Origin: Macrostomum lignano
Taxonomy: Eukaryota
Reading direction: 5' to 3'
Assembly: GCA_002269645.1 (NCBI GenBank)
Contig: NIVC01000217.1
Span: 1-64,000 of the forward strand
Length of the DNA: 64,000 bases
This document shows, one piece after another, positions 23,810 to 37,816 of this stretch; the first letter of the stretch is position 1, and every line of letters begins with the position of its first letter. The position numbers and the translations under genes are program-made. Below the pieces are notes generated by a model, which worked only from the letters and a program-made list of their open reading frames with translations, was not told the origin of the DNA and did no database searches.

Positions 23810-25765
23810 CCTCTACCACACCCTCCTCTCCCACACCCTTCTCTCCCACACCCTCCTCTCCCACACCCTTCTCTATCACACCCTCCTCTACCACACCATC
23901 CTCTCCCACACCCTTCTCTCCCACACCCTTCTCTCCCTCACCCTCCTCTCCCACACCCTCCTCTCCCACACCCTTCTCTCCCTCACCCTCCTCTCTCACA
24001 CCCTCCTCTCCCACACCCTCCTCTCCCACACCCTCCTCTCCCACACCCTCCTCTCCCACACCCTCCTCTCCCACACCCTTCTCTATCACACCCTCCTCTA
24101 CCACACCATCCTCTCCCACACCCTTCTCTCCCTCACCCTCCTCTCCCACACCCTTCTCTCCTACACCATCCTCTCCCACACCCTTCTCTCCCTCACCCTC
24201 CTCTCTCACACCCTCCTCTCCCACACCCTCCTCTCCCACACCCTCCTCTCCCACACCCTCCTCTCCCACACCCTCCTCTCCCACACCCTCCTCTCCCACA
24301 CCCTCCTCTCCCACACCCTCCTCTCCCACATCCTCCTCTCCCACACCCTCCTCTCCCACACCCTCCTCTCCCACACCCTCCTCTCCCACACCCTCCTCTC
24401 CCACACCCTTCTCTCCCACACCCTCCTCTCCCACACCCTCCTCTCCCACACCCTTCTCTCCCACACCCTCCTCTCCCACACCCTCCTCTCCCACACCCTC
24501 CTCTCCCACACCCTCCTCTCCCACACCCTCCTCTCCCACACCCTCCTCTCCCACACCCTCCTCTCCCACACCCTTCTCTCCCACACCCTCCTCTCCCACA
24601 CCCTCCTCTCCCACACCCTCCTCTCCCACACCCTCCTCTCCCACACCCTCCTCTCCCACACCCTCCTCTCCCACACCCTCCTCTCCCACACCCTCCTCTC
24701 CCACACCCTCCTCTCCCACACCCTCCTCTCCCACACCCTCCTCTCCCACACCCTCCTCTCCCACACCCTCCTCTCCCACACCCTCCTCTCCCACACCCTC
24801 CTCTCCCACACCCTCCTCTCCCACACCCTCCTCTCCCACACCCTCCTCTCCCACACCCTCCTCTCCCACACCCTTCTCTCCCACACCCTCCTCTCCCACA
24901 CCCTCCTCTCCCACACCCTCCTCTCCCACACCCTCCTCTCCCACACCCTCCTCTCCCACACCCTCCTCTCCCACACCCTCCTCTCCCACACCCTTCTCTC
25001 CCACACCCTCCTCTCCCACACCCTCCTCTCCCACACCCTCCTCTCCCACACCCTCCTCTCCCACACCCTCCTCTCCCACACCCTCCTCTCCCACACCCTC
25101 CTCTCCCACACCCTCCTCTCCCACACCCTCCTCTCCCACACCCTCCTCTCTCACACCCTCCTCTCCCACACCCTCCTCTCCCACACCCTCCTCTCCCACA
25201 CCCTCCTCTCCCACACCCTCCTCTCCCACACCCTCCTCTCCCACACCCTCCTCTCCCACACCCTCCTCTCCCACACCCTCCTCTCCCACACCCTCCTCTC
25301 CCACACCCTCCTCTCCCACACCCTCCTCTCCCACACCCTCCTCTCCCACACCCTCCTCTCCCACACCCTCCTTTCCCACACCCTCCTTTCCCACACCCTC
25401 CTTTCCCACACCCTCCTTTCCCACACCCTCCTTTCTCACACCCTCCTCTCCCACACCCTCCTTTCCCACACCCTCCTCTCCCACACCCTCCTCTCCCACA
25501 CCCTCCTCTCCCACACCCTCCTCTCCCACACCCTCCTTTCCCACACCCTCCTTTCTCACACCCTCCTTTCCCACACCCTCCTTTCCCACACCCTCCTTTC
25601 TCACACCCTCCTTTCCCACACCCTCCTTTCCCACACCCTCCTTTCCCACACCCTCCTTTCCCACACCCTCCTTTCCCACACCCTCCTTTCCCACACCCTC
25701 CTTTCCCACACCCTCCTTTCCCACACCCTCCTTTCCCACACCCTCCTTTCCCATACCCTCCTCTG
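23810..25765 (+). repeat. 15-bp minisatellite (CCACACCCTCCTCTC) in the TENT5 intron; G-rich on the transcribed strand
   Basis: About 130 tandem units. Confidence 0.98.
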
Positions 25766-26725
25766 CCACCCCCTCCAATGCTTGGTTTGCCCAACTGCTC
25801 AACTCGATCTGAATCTGCTTTAAAAGAATTTTACATTTTAAAACATTTTTTTCTCTCACACTGACTCGAAAAACAAGTGCTTCGAGTGTGACATTCGCGC
25901 AGTAAGCTTAAAATGTCAAACGAAATTGCAATTTGAGGCTAAAAAATATAATATTAAATTCTTTACCAAAAACCAGCTTAAAATTTGTACAGTTTTTTCG
26001 GTATGCAACCACAAAATTACAATAATCATTTTCCACGCGGCCAATTGATCCCCAGATACGAAACTAACCGTCTGCTTGCTTGCGTCACTGCCTGGTTTCA
26101 GCCTCATTAATAATTGAATTTTTTTGTAAGAAACAGAATCTGTCTCCTTGAGCTCGCGTGTTCTGCACTGTACTGCAAGCCTATAGAGCTTATATAATTA
26201 CACTTTAAGCCAAGGTAACTGACAGCATTGCATTGGTTGCTAACAACACAATCAGGGGGAAGCAGTGAGGAATGGGAGATGGCAGCACAGATAGGACAGG
26301 CCTGGAACAATGATGGAGAAGGGGGTTGCATCCTGTGAGAGCCGCATGAAGCAGCGTTGAACTAAGATGCGCACTACTACTCACTACTCCGTGACATTTT
26401 CTCTCACTCCTTGCTCAACCCGAAGACCTTTTACCAGATCTTTTATAAATTAGTGTCTAAATTTAGATCCCCACTCGCTGTGGCAACTCATCTGATCAAT
26501 TAACTAATTAACCAGCTCATAAATGGAGCTATAAATAGGTCTAAATTAATTAATGCTGTTATCGTTTTCTAATCTCAATTGTACAGATTGACAGGCAGTC
26601 GTTCCGAATCCTGCATAGTGATTTATTTTAATCACTTAGCCGTAAATAAATAATCAAATAGAGTGACTTTTCAAAGAGAGTTTGTCACGAGTTTGCAGTA
26701 CGAGCAGCTTCCCATGCAGACTCAC

Positions 26726-27086
26726 CGATGATGAAGCTGGCACTGCTGCCATTCAACCGGACATCTCGCACAGCCACACCGTCCGCTTCGATCCGGGCTC
26801 GAACTCTGGACACCAGGTCGCGCAGGGTCAGCCTCAGAGTGGGGTACGGCCCCCGGCCCTGAATGCAGATCTCGCGCTGCATGAACTCGTGAAGCAGTTG
26901 CACCTGCTCGAAGCACAGCACGCTGTACCGGCTGTTGCTTGACATGGACTCAACCGCCTCCACGGCCTCCTCCAGCTCGCCTAAGTCCTCCGTCTCCGCC
27001 GCGTCCGCCACCGCAGCCATTGCAGCCTCCTGCTCCATCAGCTCCGTCGCTTCATTGTGACCGTTGACTTCAGCCAGGCCTTCCAT
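26726..27086 (-). CDS. TENT5: TENT5/FAM46 exon 1 (joined CDS is 1767 nt, 588 aa)
   Basis: SVLCFEQVQLLHEFM...IQGRGPYPTLRLTLRDLVSRVRARIEADGVAVRDVRLNGSSAS matches the FAM46 N-terminal core; donor ATCATCG|GTGAGT. Confidence 0.95.
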
Positions 27087-28572
27087 AGTCTTGGATTGAC
27101 TTGGTGAACTCTTTTCTAGCTCTCTATAGGCCTTGGCTTAGATTCCGTCGAAATCTGATCTCCCGGTGAAGTGGCGCGCCTAAATAATAGTTATCTAGCC
27201 CGGAGAAGCCCTGAGAAGCGTGAGCTGTTGCTTCAGAACTGTCCCGGACGCCCGTTTTTTAATAAAAAGCGAAGAGTAGCCCTCCCTCCTGCCCGATCCC
27301 TCTGCCCTACCCACGCCTGTTCCGTGAACCGCATTCGCTCTCCCCTTCCTGTCCTGCTCCCTCCTCTCTGTCGGCTGTTTACCTCCCCTCAGACCTGCCT
27401 CAGACCGGCTCTGCTCAAACTGTACTCGCCCACTCTATCTATATTTAGCCGGCCGTCTCTCATTCGTCTATTTCTCTGTTTCATAGAATCTCTCTCAGCA
27501 AGGAGCTCACGACCTGCCTGTCTGCGCGCCCGCCTTCCCACACTGCAGTTCCCCATTCACTTATTCGCCTCAGGGGTAGCAGCTGACTAGAGAGAAAGCT
27601 TGGACTGAGACGTCGCGTCTTCAAGTCTCCACCCACGCGTCTTTCTAACCAAGCCCAGTTCCTCTTCCTAAAGCCAGACTTTTGCCACCTAGCGACCGCG
27701 GAGCATTCTGAAATAATGAATCCAAGGGAAGAGAAACAGCTGAGAAACCTCTTGATCCCATGCGTGCCTCTGAAGGAATGTCTTACTTTTTAAACTCTCA
27801 TTAATATTATATTTTTGTTAATACAAGCGTTGCAAAAGCTTATCTTCCATATGAATTAAAATTAATCTTTCTCTATATACAACGGTAATATTTATTAGTA
27901 TTGACATCAAGATAATAGAAAGTTGAAGGATTTCCAGTCCAGACTGCTAAGTTTCAAACAGTCCTTGGCTTCGCAGCACCAGACTCGCGGGGTCTTGAAT
28001 TTTTTTGCCCGGCAATTCCTGCATTGAGACCCGACCTCTCCACTTCTCCTGCTCGCTCGTCCACTAACCCCCTCCCCCCTTATCGATCCATCTGACAGAG
28101 CGACCCCGCGCTGGCAGGGTTTGAGCCGAGGGGAGAGGGGGCGAGGGCGAGGGGGAGGAAGGGAGAAGGGAGAGAGTCAGGCGTATTATTTAGTATACCA
28201 ACTCAGACAACCACCCCAGAAACCTGCTCCCCAGAGGGCTGGGCTTGATAGCATATCTCAGCAGCAGGCTTGTCTGTTGAGTATGTACGGCAGGCTGGAT
28301 GCACACTGAATTATGATGAGCGAAAATTTTTAATTCCCTCAGAGACTGGGCCTTGCAGAATCCGGCCAGACGGCTTTTGGCACGCGTGGCTACGGCCTCG
28401 TATAGCTATAGTGTGGAAAATATATTCCTGCGAAATAAATGAATGATTGCCAAAGCCTCTGTCTTACAAATTGTAGTATTGATCACAGCTGTGCTTGCAA
28501 TTCGTGCTTGAAATTTTTCAGCGACATAATTTATTTTATCTTCATCTGTTTGCATCTGTTTGTAAATAAAGT

Positions 28573-31500
28573 AATCATGTCAGGAAGATCACACGGGAAA
28601 CTGCAGGTTAATCATGTCAGGAAGATCACACGGGAAACTGCAGGTAATCATGTCAGGAAGATCACACGGGAAACTGCAGGTAATCATGTCAGGAAGATCA
28701 CACGGGAAACTGCAGGTAATCATGTCAGGAAGATCACACGGGAAACTGCAGGTTAATCATGTCAGGAAGATCACACGGGAAACTGCAGGTAATCATGTCA
28801 GGAAGATCACACGGAAAACTGCAGGTTAATCATGTCAGGAAGATCACACGGGAAACTGCAGGTAATCATGTCAGGAAGATCACACGGGAAACTGCAGGTA
28901 ATCATGTCAGGAAGATCACACGGAAAACTGCAGGTTAATCATGTCAGGAAGATCACACGGGAAACTGCAGGTAATCATGTCAGGAAGATCACACGGGAAA
29001 CTGCAGGTAATCATGTCAGGAAGATCACACGGGAAACTGCAGGTAATCATGTCAGGAAGATCACACGGGAAACTGCAGGTAATCATGTCAGGAAGATCAC
29101 ACGGAAACTGCAGGTAATCATGTCAGGAAGATCACACGGGAAACTGCAGGTAATCATGTCAGGAAGATCACACGGGAAACTGCAGGTAATCATGTCAGGA
29201 AGATCACACGGGAAACTGCAGGTAATCATGTCAGGAAGATCACACGGGAAACTGCAGGTAATCATGTCAGGAAGATCACACGGAAACTGCAGGTAATCAT
29301 GTCAGGAAGATCACACGGGAAACTGCAGGTAATCATGTCAGGAAGATCACACGGAAAACTGCAGTAATCATGTCAGGAAGATCACACGGAAAACTGCAGG
29401 TAATCATGTCAGGAAGATCACACGGAAAACTGCAGGTAATCATGTCAGGAAGATCACACGGAAAACTGCAGGTAATCATGTCAGGAAGATCACACGGAAA
29501 ACTGCAGGTAATCATGTCAGGAAGATCACACGGGAAACTGCAGGTAATCATGTCAGGAAGATCACACGGAAAACTGCAGGTAATCATGTCAGGAAGATCA
29601 CACGGAAAACTGCAGGTAATCATGTCAGGAATATCACGGGAAACTGCAGGTAATCATGTCAGGAAGATCACACGGGAAACTGCAGGTAATCATGTCAGGA
29701 AGATCACACGGAAAACTGCAGGTAATCATGTCAGGAAGATCACACGGAAAACTGCAGGTAATCATGTCAGGAAGATCACACGGGAAACTGCAGGTAATCA
29801 TGTCAGGAAGATCACACGGGAAACTGCAGGTAATCATGTCAGGAAGATCACACGGAAAACTGCAGGTAATCATGTCAGGAAGATCACACGGAAAACTGCA
29901 GGTAATCATGTCAGGAAGATCACACGGAAAACTGCAGGTAATCATGTCAGGAAGATCACACGGGAAACTGCAGGTAATCATGTCAGGAAGATCACACGGG
30001 AAACTGCAGGTAATCATGTCAGGAAGATCACACGGAAAACTGCAGGTAATCATGTCAGGAAGATCACACGGGAAACTGCAGGTAATCATGTCAGGAAGAT
30101 CACACGGAAAACTGCAGGTAATCATGTCAGGAAGATCACACGGAAAACTGCAGGTTAATCATGTCAGGAAGATCACACGGGAAACTGCAGGTAATCATGT
30201 CAGGAAGATCACACGGGAAACTGCAGGTAATCATGTCAGGAAGATCACACGGAAAACTGCAGGTTAATCATGTCAGGAAGATCACACGGGAAACTGCAGG
30301 TAATCATGTCAGGAAGATCACACGGGAAACTGCAGGTAATCATGTCAGGAAGATCACACGGAAAACTGCAGGTTAATCATGTCAGGAAGATCACACGGGA
30401 AACTGCAGGTAATCATGTCAAAGATCACACGGGAAACTGCAGGTAATCATGTCAGGAAGATCACACGGAAACTGCAGGTAATCATGTCAGGAAGATCACA
30501 CGGGAAACTGCAGGTAATCATGTCAGGAAGATCACACGGGAAACTGCAGGTAATCATGTCAGGAAGATCACACGGGAAACTGCAGGTAATCATGTCAGGA
30601 AGATCACACGGAAACTGCAGGTAATCATGTCAGGAAGATCACACGGGAAACTGCAGGTAATCATGTCAGGAAGATCACACGGAAAACTGCAGGTAATCAT
30701 GTCAGGAAGATCACACGGGAAACTGCAGGTAATCATGTCAGGAAGATCACACGGAAAACTGCAGGTAATCATGTCAGGAAGATCACACGGGAAACTGCAG
30801 GTAATCATGTCAGGAAGATCACACGGAAACTGCAGGTAATCATGTCAGGAAGATCACACGGGAAACTGCAGGTAATCATGTCAGGAAGATCACACGGAAA
30901 CTGCAGGTAATCATGTCAGGAAGATCACACGGAAAACTGCAGGTAATCATGTCAGGAAGATCACACGGAAAACTGCAGGTAATCATGTCAGGAAGATCAC
31001 ACGGAAAACTGCAGGTAATCATGTCAGGAAGATCACACGGAAAACTGCAGGTAATCATGTCAGGAAGATCACACGGGAAACTGCAGGTAATCATGTCAGG
31101 AAGATCACACGGAAAACTGCAGGTAATCATGTCAGGAAGATCACACGGAAAACTGCAGGTAATCATGTCAGGAAGATCACACGGAAACTGCAGGTAATCA
31201 TGTCAGGAAGATCACACGGGAAACTGCAGGTAATCATGTCAGGAAGATCACACGGAAAACTGCAGGTAATCATGTCAGGAAGATCACACGGAAAACTGCA
31301 GGTAATCATGTCAGGAAGATCACACGGGAAACTGCAGGTAATCATGTCAGGAAGATCACACGGGAAACTGCAGGTAATCATGTCAGGAAGATCACACGGA
31401 AAACTGCAGGTAATCATGTCAGGAAGATCACACGGAAACTGCAGGTAATCATGTCAGGAAGATCACACGGAAAACTGCAGGTAATCATGTCAGGAAGATC

Positions 31501-34500
31501 ACACGGGAAACTGCAGGTAATCATGTCAGGAAGATCACACGGGAAACTGCAGGTAATCATGTCAGGAAGATCACACGGAAAACTGCAGGTAATCATGTCA
31601 GGAAGATCACACGGAAACTGCAGGTAATCATGTCAGGAAGATCACACGGAAACTGCAGGTAATCATGTCAGGAAGATCACACGGAAAACTGCAGGTAATC
31701 ATGTCAGGAAGATCACACGGGAAACTGCAGGTAATCATGTCAGGAAGATCACACGGGAAACTGCAGGTAATCATGTCAGGAAGATCACACGGAAAACTGC
31801 AGGTAATCATGTCAGGAAGATCACACGGGAAACTGCAGGTAATCATGTCAGGAAGATCACACGGGAAACTGCAGGTAATCATGTCAGGAAGATCACACGG
31901 AAACTGCAGGTTAATCATGTCAGGAAGATCACACGGAAACTGCAGGTAATCATGTCAGGAAGATCACACGGGAAACTGCAGGTTAATCATGTCAGGAAGA
32001 TCACACGGAAACTGCAGGTAATCATGTCAGGAAGATCACACGGAAAACTGCAGGTTAATCATGTCAGGAAGATCACACGGAAAACTGCAGGTAATCATGT
32101 CAGGAAGATCACACGGGAAACTGCAGGTAATCATGTCAGGAAGATCACACGGGAAACTGCAGGTAATCATGTCAGGAAGATCACACGGGAAACTGCAGGT
32201 AATCATGTCAGGAAGATCACACGGGAAACTGCAGGTAATCATGTCAGGAAGATCACACGGGAAACTGCAGGTAATCATGTCAGGAAGATCACACGGGAAA
32301 CTGCAGGTAATCATGTCAGGAAGATCACACGGAAACTGCAGGTAATCATGTCAGGAAGATCACACGGGAAACTGCAGGTAATCATGTCAGGAAGATCACA
32401 CGGAAACTGCAGGTAATCATGTCAGGAAGATCACACGGGAAACTGCAGGTAATCATGTCAGGAAGATCACACGGAAAACTGCAGGTAATCATGTCAGGAA
32501 GATCACACGGGAAACTGCAGGTAATCATGTCAGGAAGATCACACGGGAAACTGCAGGTAATCATGTCAGGAAGATCACACGGAAACTGCAGGTAATCATG
32601 TCAGGAAGATCACACGGGAAACTGCAGGTAATCATGTCAGGAAGATCACACGGGAAACTGCAGGTTAATCATGTCAGGAAGATCACACGGAAACTGCAGG
32701 TAATCATGTCAGGAAGATCACACGGGAAACTGCAGGTAATCATGTCAGGAAGATCACACGGGAAACTGCAGGTAATCATGTCAGGAAGATCACACGGGAA
32801 ACTGCAGGTAATCATGTCAGGAAGATCACACGGAAACTGCAGGTAATCATGTCAGGAAGATCACACGGGAAACTGCAGGTAATCATGTCAGGAAGATCAC
32901 ACGGGAAACTGCAGGTAATCATGTCAGGAAGATCACACGGAAACTGCAGGTAATCATGTCAGGAAGATCACACGGGAAACTGCAGGTAATCATGTCAGGA
33001 AGATCACACGGAAAACTGCAGGTAATCATGTCAGGAAGATCACACGGAAAACTGCAGGTAATCATGTCAGGAAGATCACACGGAAAACTGCAGGTAATCA
33101 TGTCAGGAAGATCACACGGAAAACTGCAGGTAATCATGTCAGGAAGATCACACGGAAAACTGCAGGTAATCATGTCAGGAAGATCACACGGAAAACTGCA
33201 GGTAATCATGTCAGGAAGATCACACGGAAAACTGCAGGTAATCATGTCAGGAAGATCACACGGAAAACTGCAGGTAATCATGTCAGGAAGATCACACGGA
33301 AAACTGCAGGTAATCATGTCAGGAAGATCACACGGGAAACTGCAGGTAATCATGTCAGGAAGATCACACGGAAACTGCAGGTAATCATGTCAGGAAGATC
33401 ACACGGAAAACTGCAGGTAATCATGTCAGGAAGATCACACGGAAAACTGCAGGTAATCATGTCAGGAAGATCACACGGAAAACTGCAGGTAATCATGTCA
33501 GGAAGATCACACGGAAACTGCAGGTAATCATGTCAGGAAGATCACACGGGAAACTGCAGGTAATCATGTCAGGAAGATCACACGGAAAACTGCAGGTAAT
33601 CATGTCAGGAAGATCACACGGGAAACTGCAGGTAATCATGTCAGGAAGATCACACGGAAACTGCAGGTAATCATGTCAGGAAGATCACACGGGAAACTGC
33701 AGGTAATCATGTCAGGAAGATCACACGGAAAACTGCAGGTAATCATGTCAGGAAGATCACACGGAAACTGCAGGTAATCATGTCAGGAAGATCACACGGA
33801 AACTGCAGGTAATCATGTCAGGAAGATCACACGGGAAACTGCAGGTAATCATGTCAGGAAGATCACACGGAAAACTGCAGGTAATCATGTCAGGAAGATC
33901 ACACGGAAAACTGCAGGTAATCATGTCAGGAAGATCACACGGAAAACTGCAGGTAATCATGTCAGGAAGATCACACGGGAAACTGCAGGTAATCATGTCA
34001 GGAAGATCACACGGGAAACTGCAGGTAATCATGTCAGGAAGATCACACGGAAAACTGCAGGTAATCATGTCAGGAAGATCACACGGGAAACTGCAGGTAA
34101 TCATGTCAGGAAGATCACACGGAAACTGCAGGTAATCATGTCAGGAAGATCACACGGAAACTGCAGGTAATCATGTCAGGAAGATCACACGGGAAACTGC
34201 AGGTAATCATGTCAGGAAGATCACACGGGAAACTGCAGGTAATCATGTCAGGAAGATCACACGGAAACTGCAGGTAATCATGTCAGGAAGATCACACGGG
34301 AAACTGCAGGTAATCATGTCAGGAAGATCACACGGGAAACTGCAGGTAATCATGTCAGGAAGATCACACGGAAACTGCAGGTAATCATGTCAGGAAGATC
34401 ACACGGGAAACTGCAGGTAATCATGTCAGGAAGATCACACGGGAAACTGCAGGTTAATCATGTCAGGAAGATCACACGGGAAACTGCAGGTAATCATGTC

Positions 34501-35515
34501 AGGAAGATCACACGGGAAACTGCAGGTAATCATGTCAGGAAGATCACACGGGAAACTGCAGGTAATCATGTCAGGAAGATCACACGGGAAACTGCAGGTA
34601 ATCATGTCAGGAAGATCACACGGAAAACTGCAGGTAATCATGTCAGGAAGATCACACGGGAAACTGCAGGTAATCATGTCAGGAAGATCACACGGAAAAC
34701 TGCAGGTAATCATGTCAGGAAGATCACACGGGAAACTGCAGGTAATCATGTCAGGAAGATCACACGGAAAACTGCAGGTAATCATGTCAGGAAGATCACA
34801 CGGGAAACTGCAGGTAATCATGTCAGGAAGATCACACGGGAAACTGCAGGTAATCATGTCAGGAAGATCACACGGAAACTGCAGGTTAATCATGTCAGGA
34901 AGATCACACGGAAACTGCAGGTAATCATGTCAGGAAGATCACACGGGAAACTGCAGGTTAATCACGTCAGGAAGATCACACGGAAAACTGCAGGTAATCA
35001 TGTCAGAAGGATCACACGGGAAACTGCAGGTAATCATGTCAGGAAGATCACACGGGAAACTGCAGGTAATCATGTCAGGAAGATCACACGGGAAACTGCA
35101 GGTAATCATGTCAGGAAGATCACACGGAAAACTGCAGGTAATCATGTCAGGAATATCACGGGAAACTGCAGGTAATCATGTCAGGAAGATCACACGGAAA
35201 ACTGCAGGTTAATCATGTCAGGAAGATCACACGGGAAACTGCAGGTAATCATGTCAGGAATATCACGGGAAACTGCAGGTAATCATGTCAGGAAGATCAC
35301 ACGGAAAACTGCAGGTAATCATGTCAGGAAGATCACACGGGAAACTGCAGGTAATCATGTCAGGAAGATCACACGGAAAACTGCAGGTAATCATGTCAGG
35401 AAGATCACACGGAAAACTGCAGGTTAATCATGTCAGGAAGATCACACGGAAAACTGCAGGTTAATCATGTCAGGAAGATCACACGGGAAACTGCAGGTAA
35501 TCATGTAAAGAAGAT
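28573..35515 (+). repeat. ~6.9-kb 36-bp satellite (AATCATGTCAGGAAGATCACACGG[G/A]AAACTGCAGGT)
   Basis: About 190 highly homogeneous tandem units, each containing a PstI site (CTGCAG). Confidence 0.99.
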
Positions 35516-35942
35516 CACAGAAAACCCCAAAAATTTAATATTGGAATAACACTTGGAATAACACTTTAAGATTAAGGCTGCTGGTAGCTCGTAGTACACG
35601 CATACTAAACTCATAAAATAGAAAAACGAAAGACTTCATCCTGTTTCAATAATGTATTTTTTGGCAATCGGAATTCTTGCTTTTAAAAATCCTTGACGGA
35701 CTCAACGGATCCCATGGAGTTCTCTACTCAAGTAGACAGACTACTCATATTAATTGACACTTTGTTGCCACCCACGCACTCAAAGCTAGCTAGGTGAGGA
35801 AATTGAGTAGCTGACAACAAACACGCTTAGAGTAGTAACGCATTTGAGGACCAGAGTGGCCCATATGTAGCTCTCTAGTCAAGAAATTAGATTTTTGCCT
35901 GAAGTTAGCTGTTGGACACGGCATATGTGAATAATATGGCTA

Positions 35943-36407
35943 CCGGACATTTGCCCTCCGGCATTTGCCCTCCGGACATTTGCCCTCGGGGACATTTCCC
36001 CTCCGGACATTTGCCCTCCGGACATTTCCCCTCCGGAAAAGTACAGGTAAGGCTGGGGATAGGGTAGGGCGCGGGTATATATTGCTTACTAGAAAAGGAT
36101 GAGTTGTTGGCTGGAGAAGAACCTGATGGATGCAAGAGGCGGGAGGATGAGGTTGGTGCTGGAGGAACGACGGGTGGGTACAGGAGGAGGTGAGGTGAGT
36201 AATGTGCGAGGGGGTAAATTTGCAGAGGGCAAATGTGCGGAGGGGAAATGTCCGGAGGGCAAATGTCCGGAGGGCAAATGTCCGGAGGGCAAATGTCCCC
36301 GAGGGCAAATGTCCGGAGGGCAAATGTCCGGAGGGGAAATGTCCCGGAGGGCAAATGTCCGGAGGGCAAACGCCGCCGAGGGGAAGTGCCGGAGGGCAAA
36401 TGTCCGG
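35943..36407. mobile_element. Foldback-like element: inverted arrays of a 15-bp unit (CCGGACATTTGCCCT) around a ~185-bp spacer
   Basis: Units in forward orientation at 35943-36037 and in reverse orientation (GGAGGGCAAATGTCC) at 36224-36407; no TSD identified. Confidence 0.6.
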
Positions 36408-36584
36408 AAACGGAATAGGCATAGATTTTTCCTCATGGGTGCAGCCCTACTAATGGCATTGCACGCGGGATCTGAATTTTATCGCATTATACGCTTGATG
36501 ACTCAATTGAACTGACCGAAAATTTTTGACTCAGTTTTTTAAACACTTTGTGTGTGCTAATTTCTCGCTTCCATGCGTGAAGCG

Positions 36585-37075
36585 GGTGTAAGGAGTGAGG
36601 TGGGTGTGAGGAGTGAGGTGGGTGTGAGGAGTGGGGGTGTAAGGAGTGAGGTGGGTGATAGGAGCTAGAGAGAAGGGTGAGAGGAGTGAGGTGGGTGAGA
36701 AGAGTGAGGTTAGTGTGAGGAGTGAGGTTGGTGATAGGAGTGAGGTGGGGTGATAGGAGTGAGGTTGGTGATAGGAGTGAGGTTGGTGATAGGAGTGAGG
36801 TTGGTGTGAGTAGTGAGGTGGTGTGAGAGGAGTGAGGTGGGTGAGAGGAGTGAGGTAGGTGTGAGGAGTGAGGTGGGTGAGAGGAGTGAGGTTGGTGTGG
36901 GGAGTGAGGTGGTGTGAGAGGAGTGAGGTGGGTGAGAGGAGTGAGGTGGTGTGAGAGGAGTGAGGTGGGTGAGAGGAGTGAGGTGGTGTGAGAGGAGTGA
37001 GGTGGGTGAGAGGAGTGAGGTGGTGTGAGAGGAGTGAGGTGGGTGAGAGGAGTGAGGTGGGTGTGAGAAGTGAGT
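36585..37075 (+). repeat. Purine-rich ~18-20-bp degenerate repeat (GAGGAGTGAGGTGGGTG)
   Basis: About 25 imperfect units. Confidence 0.9.
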
Positions 37076-37747
37076 TGCATGCGTGTGAGAAACAATATTG
37101 TAAATTTGAGGATTGTATTTTACGAAGCACTAATAAACTCGTAAGCGTGGGATAGAATGCAGGGCCGTCGTAAATGCGTAGGCGCTTAAAGTACATGAAA
37201 GCTCATTAGCTCAGCAAATCGGAATAAAGCTCAAGTACATTTGAAGTCAAGCTGCTGTTTGCAGACAGGTGGGCGGGCTTTGAAATAAACGATGAGATGA
37301 CAGTAATTAGGCGGAGCTATGGGGCAATTAAGTCTCGCTATTTTGTCCGAAATTTCTTTAGCTCAAGAGTGTACTTTTATATGTCGTGAAGCCTGTCTTC
37401 TAGTTGAGGGCTTAAATATTAATCAAGCTGTTTTCATCCAACTAATGGCCTTAAGGGAAAACTCTCATGAGAATTTTTTATAGCAATCAGCAACGCAAGC
37501 AAGAAATTTCCTTAAAAAATGCAAATTTCGATCTACATCAATTAGCATGGCATTAATGAGGTGTTTCTTGCTCTCATTTGAATTGGGGTCTGCTAGCAGA
37601 GTTTGCTACCAGGAGGGGATGGGGGATAGGGATGGTTACATGTGGGGATGAGATGTACGAGATGGCCCGGGATGCTCAGGTGAGGACTATAGGGCGCACT
37701 TCTACTGCAGGATGGGCGGGTTGCCATATCATAATTACCCCGAAATA

Positions 37748-37816
37748 CTCGTATCATAACTCCGAAAAGTTCTAGCAATGTCCAGCACTATCTCGGTTTC
37801 GGAGTTATGATACAGG
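37748..37816. mobile_element. 69-bp Tc1/mariner-pogo-like micro-MITE
   Basis: 20-bp TIRs CTCGTATCATAACTCCGAAA / TTTCGGAGTTATGATACAGG (18/20 match) flanked by TA on both sides. Confidence 0.6.

Noticed and set aside
23706-25859. 500-700-aa ORFs in five frames (EGVGE, PTPSS, GGCGR etc.), superficially mucin- or collagen-like
   Set aside because: A 15-bp stop-free repeat inside the TENT5 intron; being open in most frames is the signature of a repeat artefact.
28573-35515. CRISPR-like array of 36-bp repeats, or repeat-protein ORFs
   Set aside because: Units are head-to-tail with no unique spacers, there are no cas genes and the context is eukaryotic; the ORFs are repeat translations.
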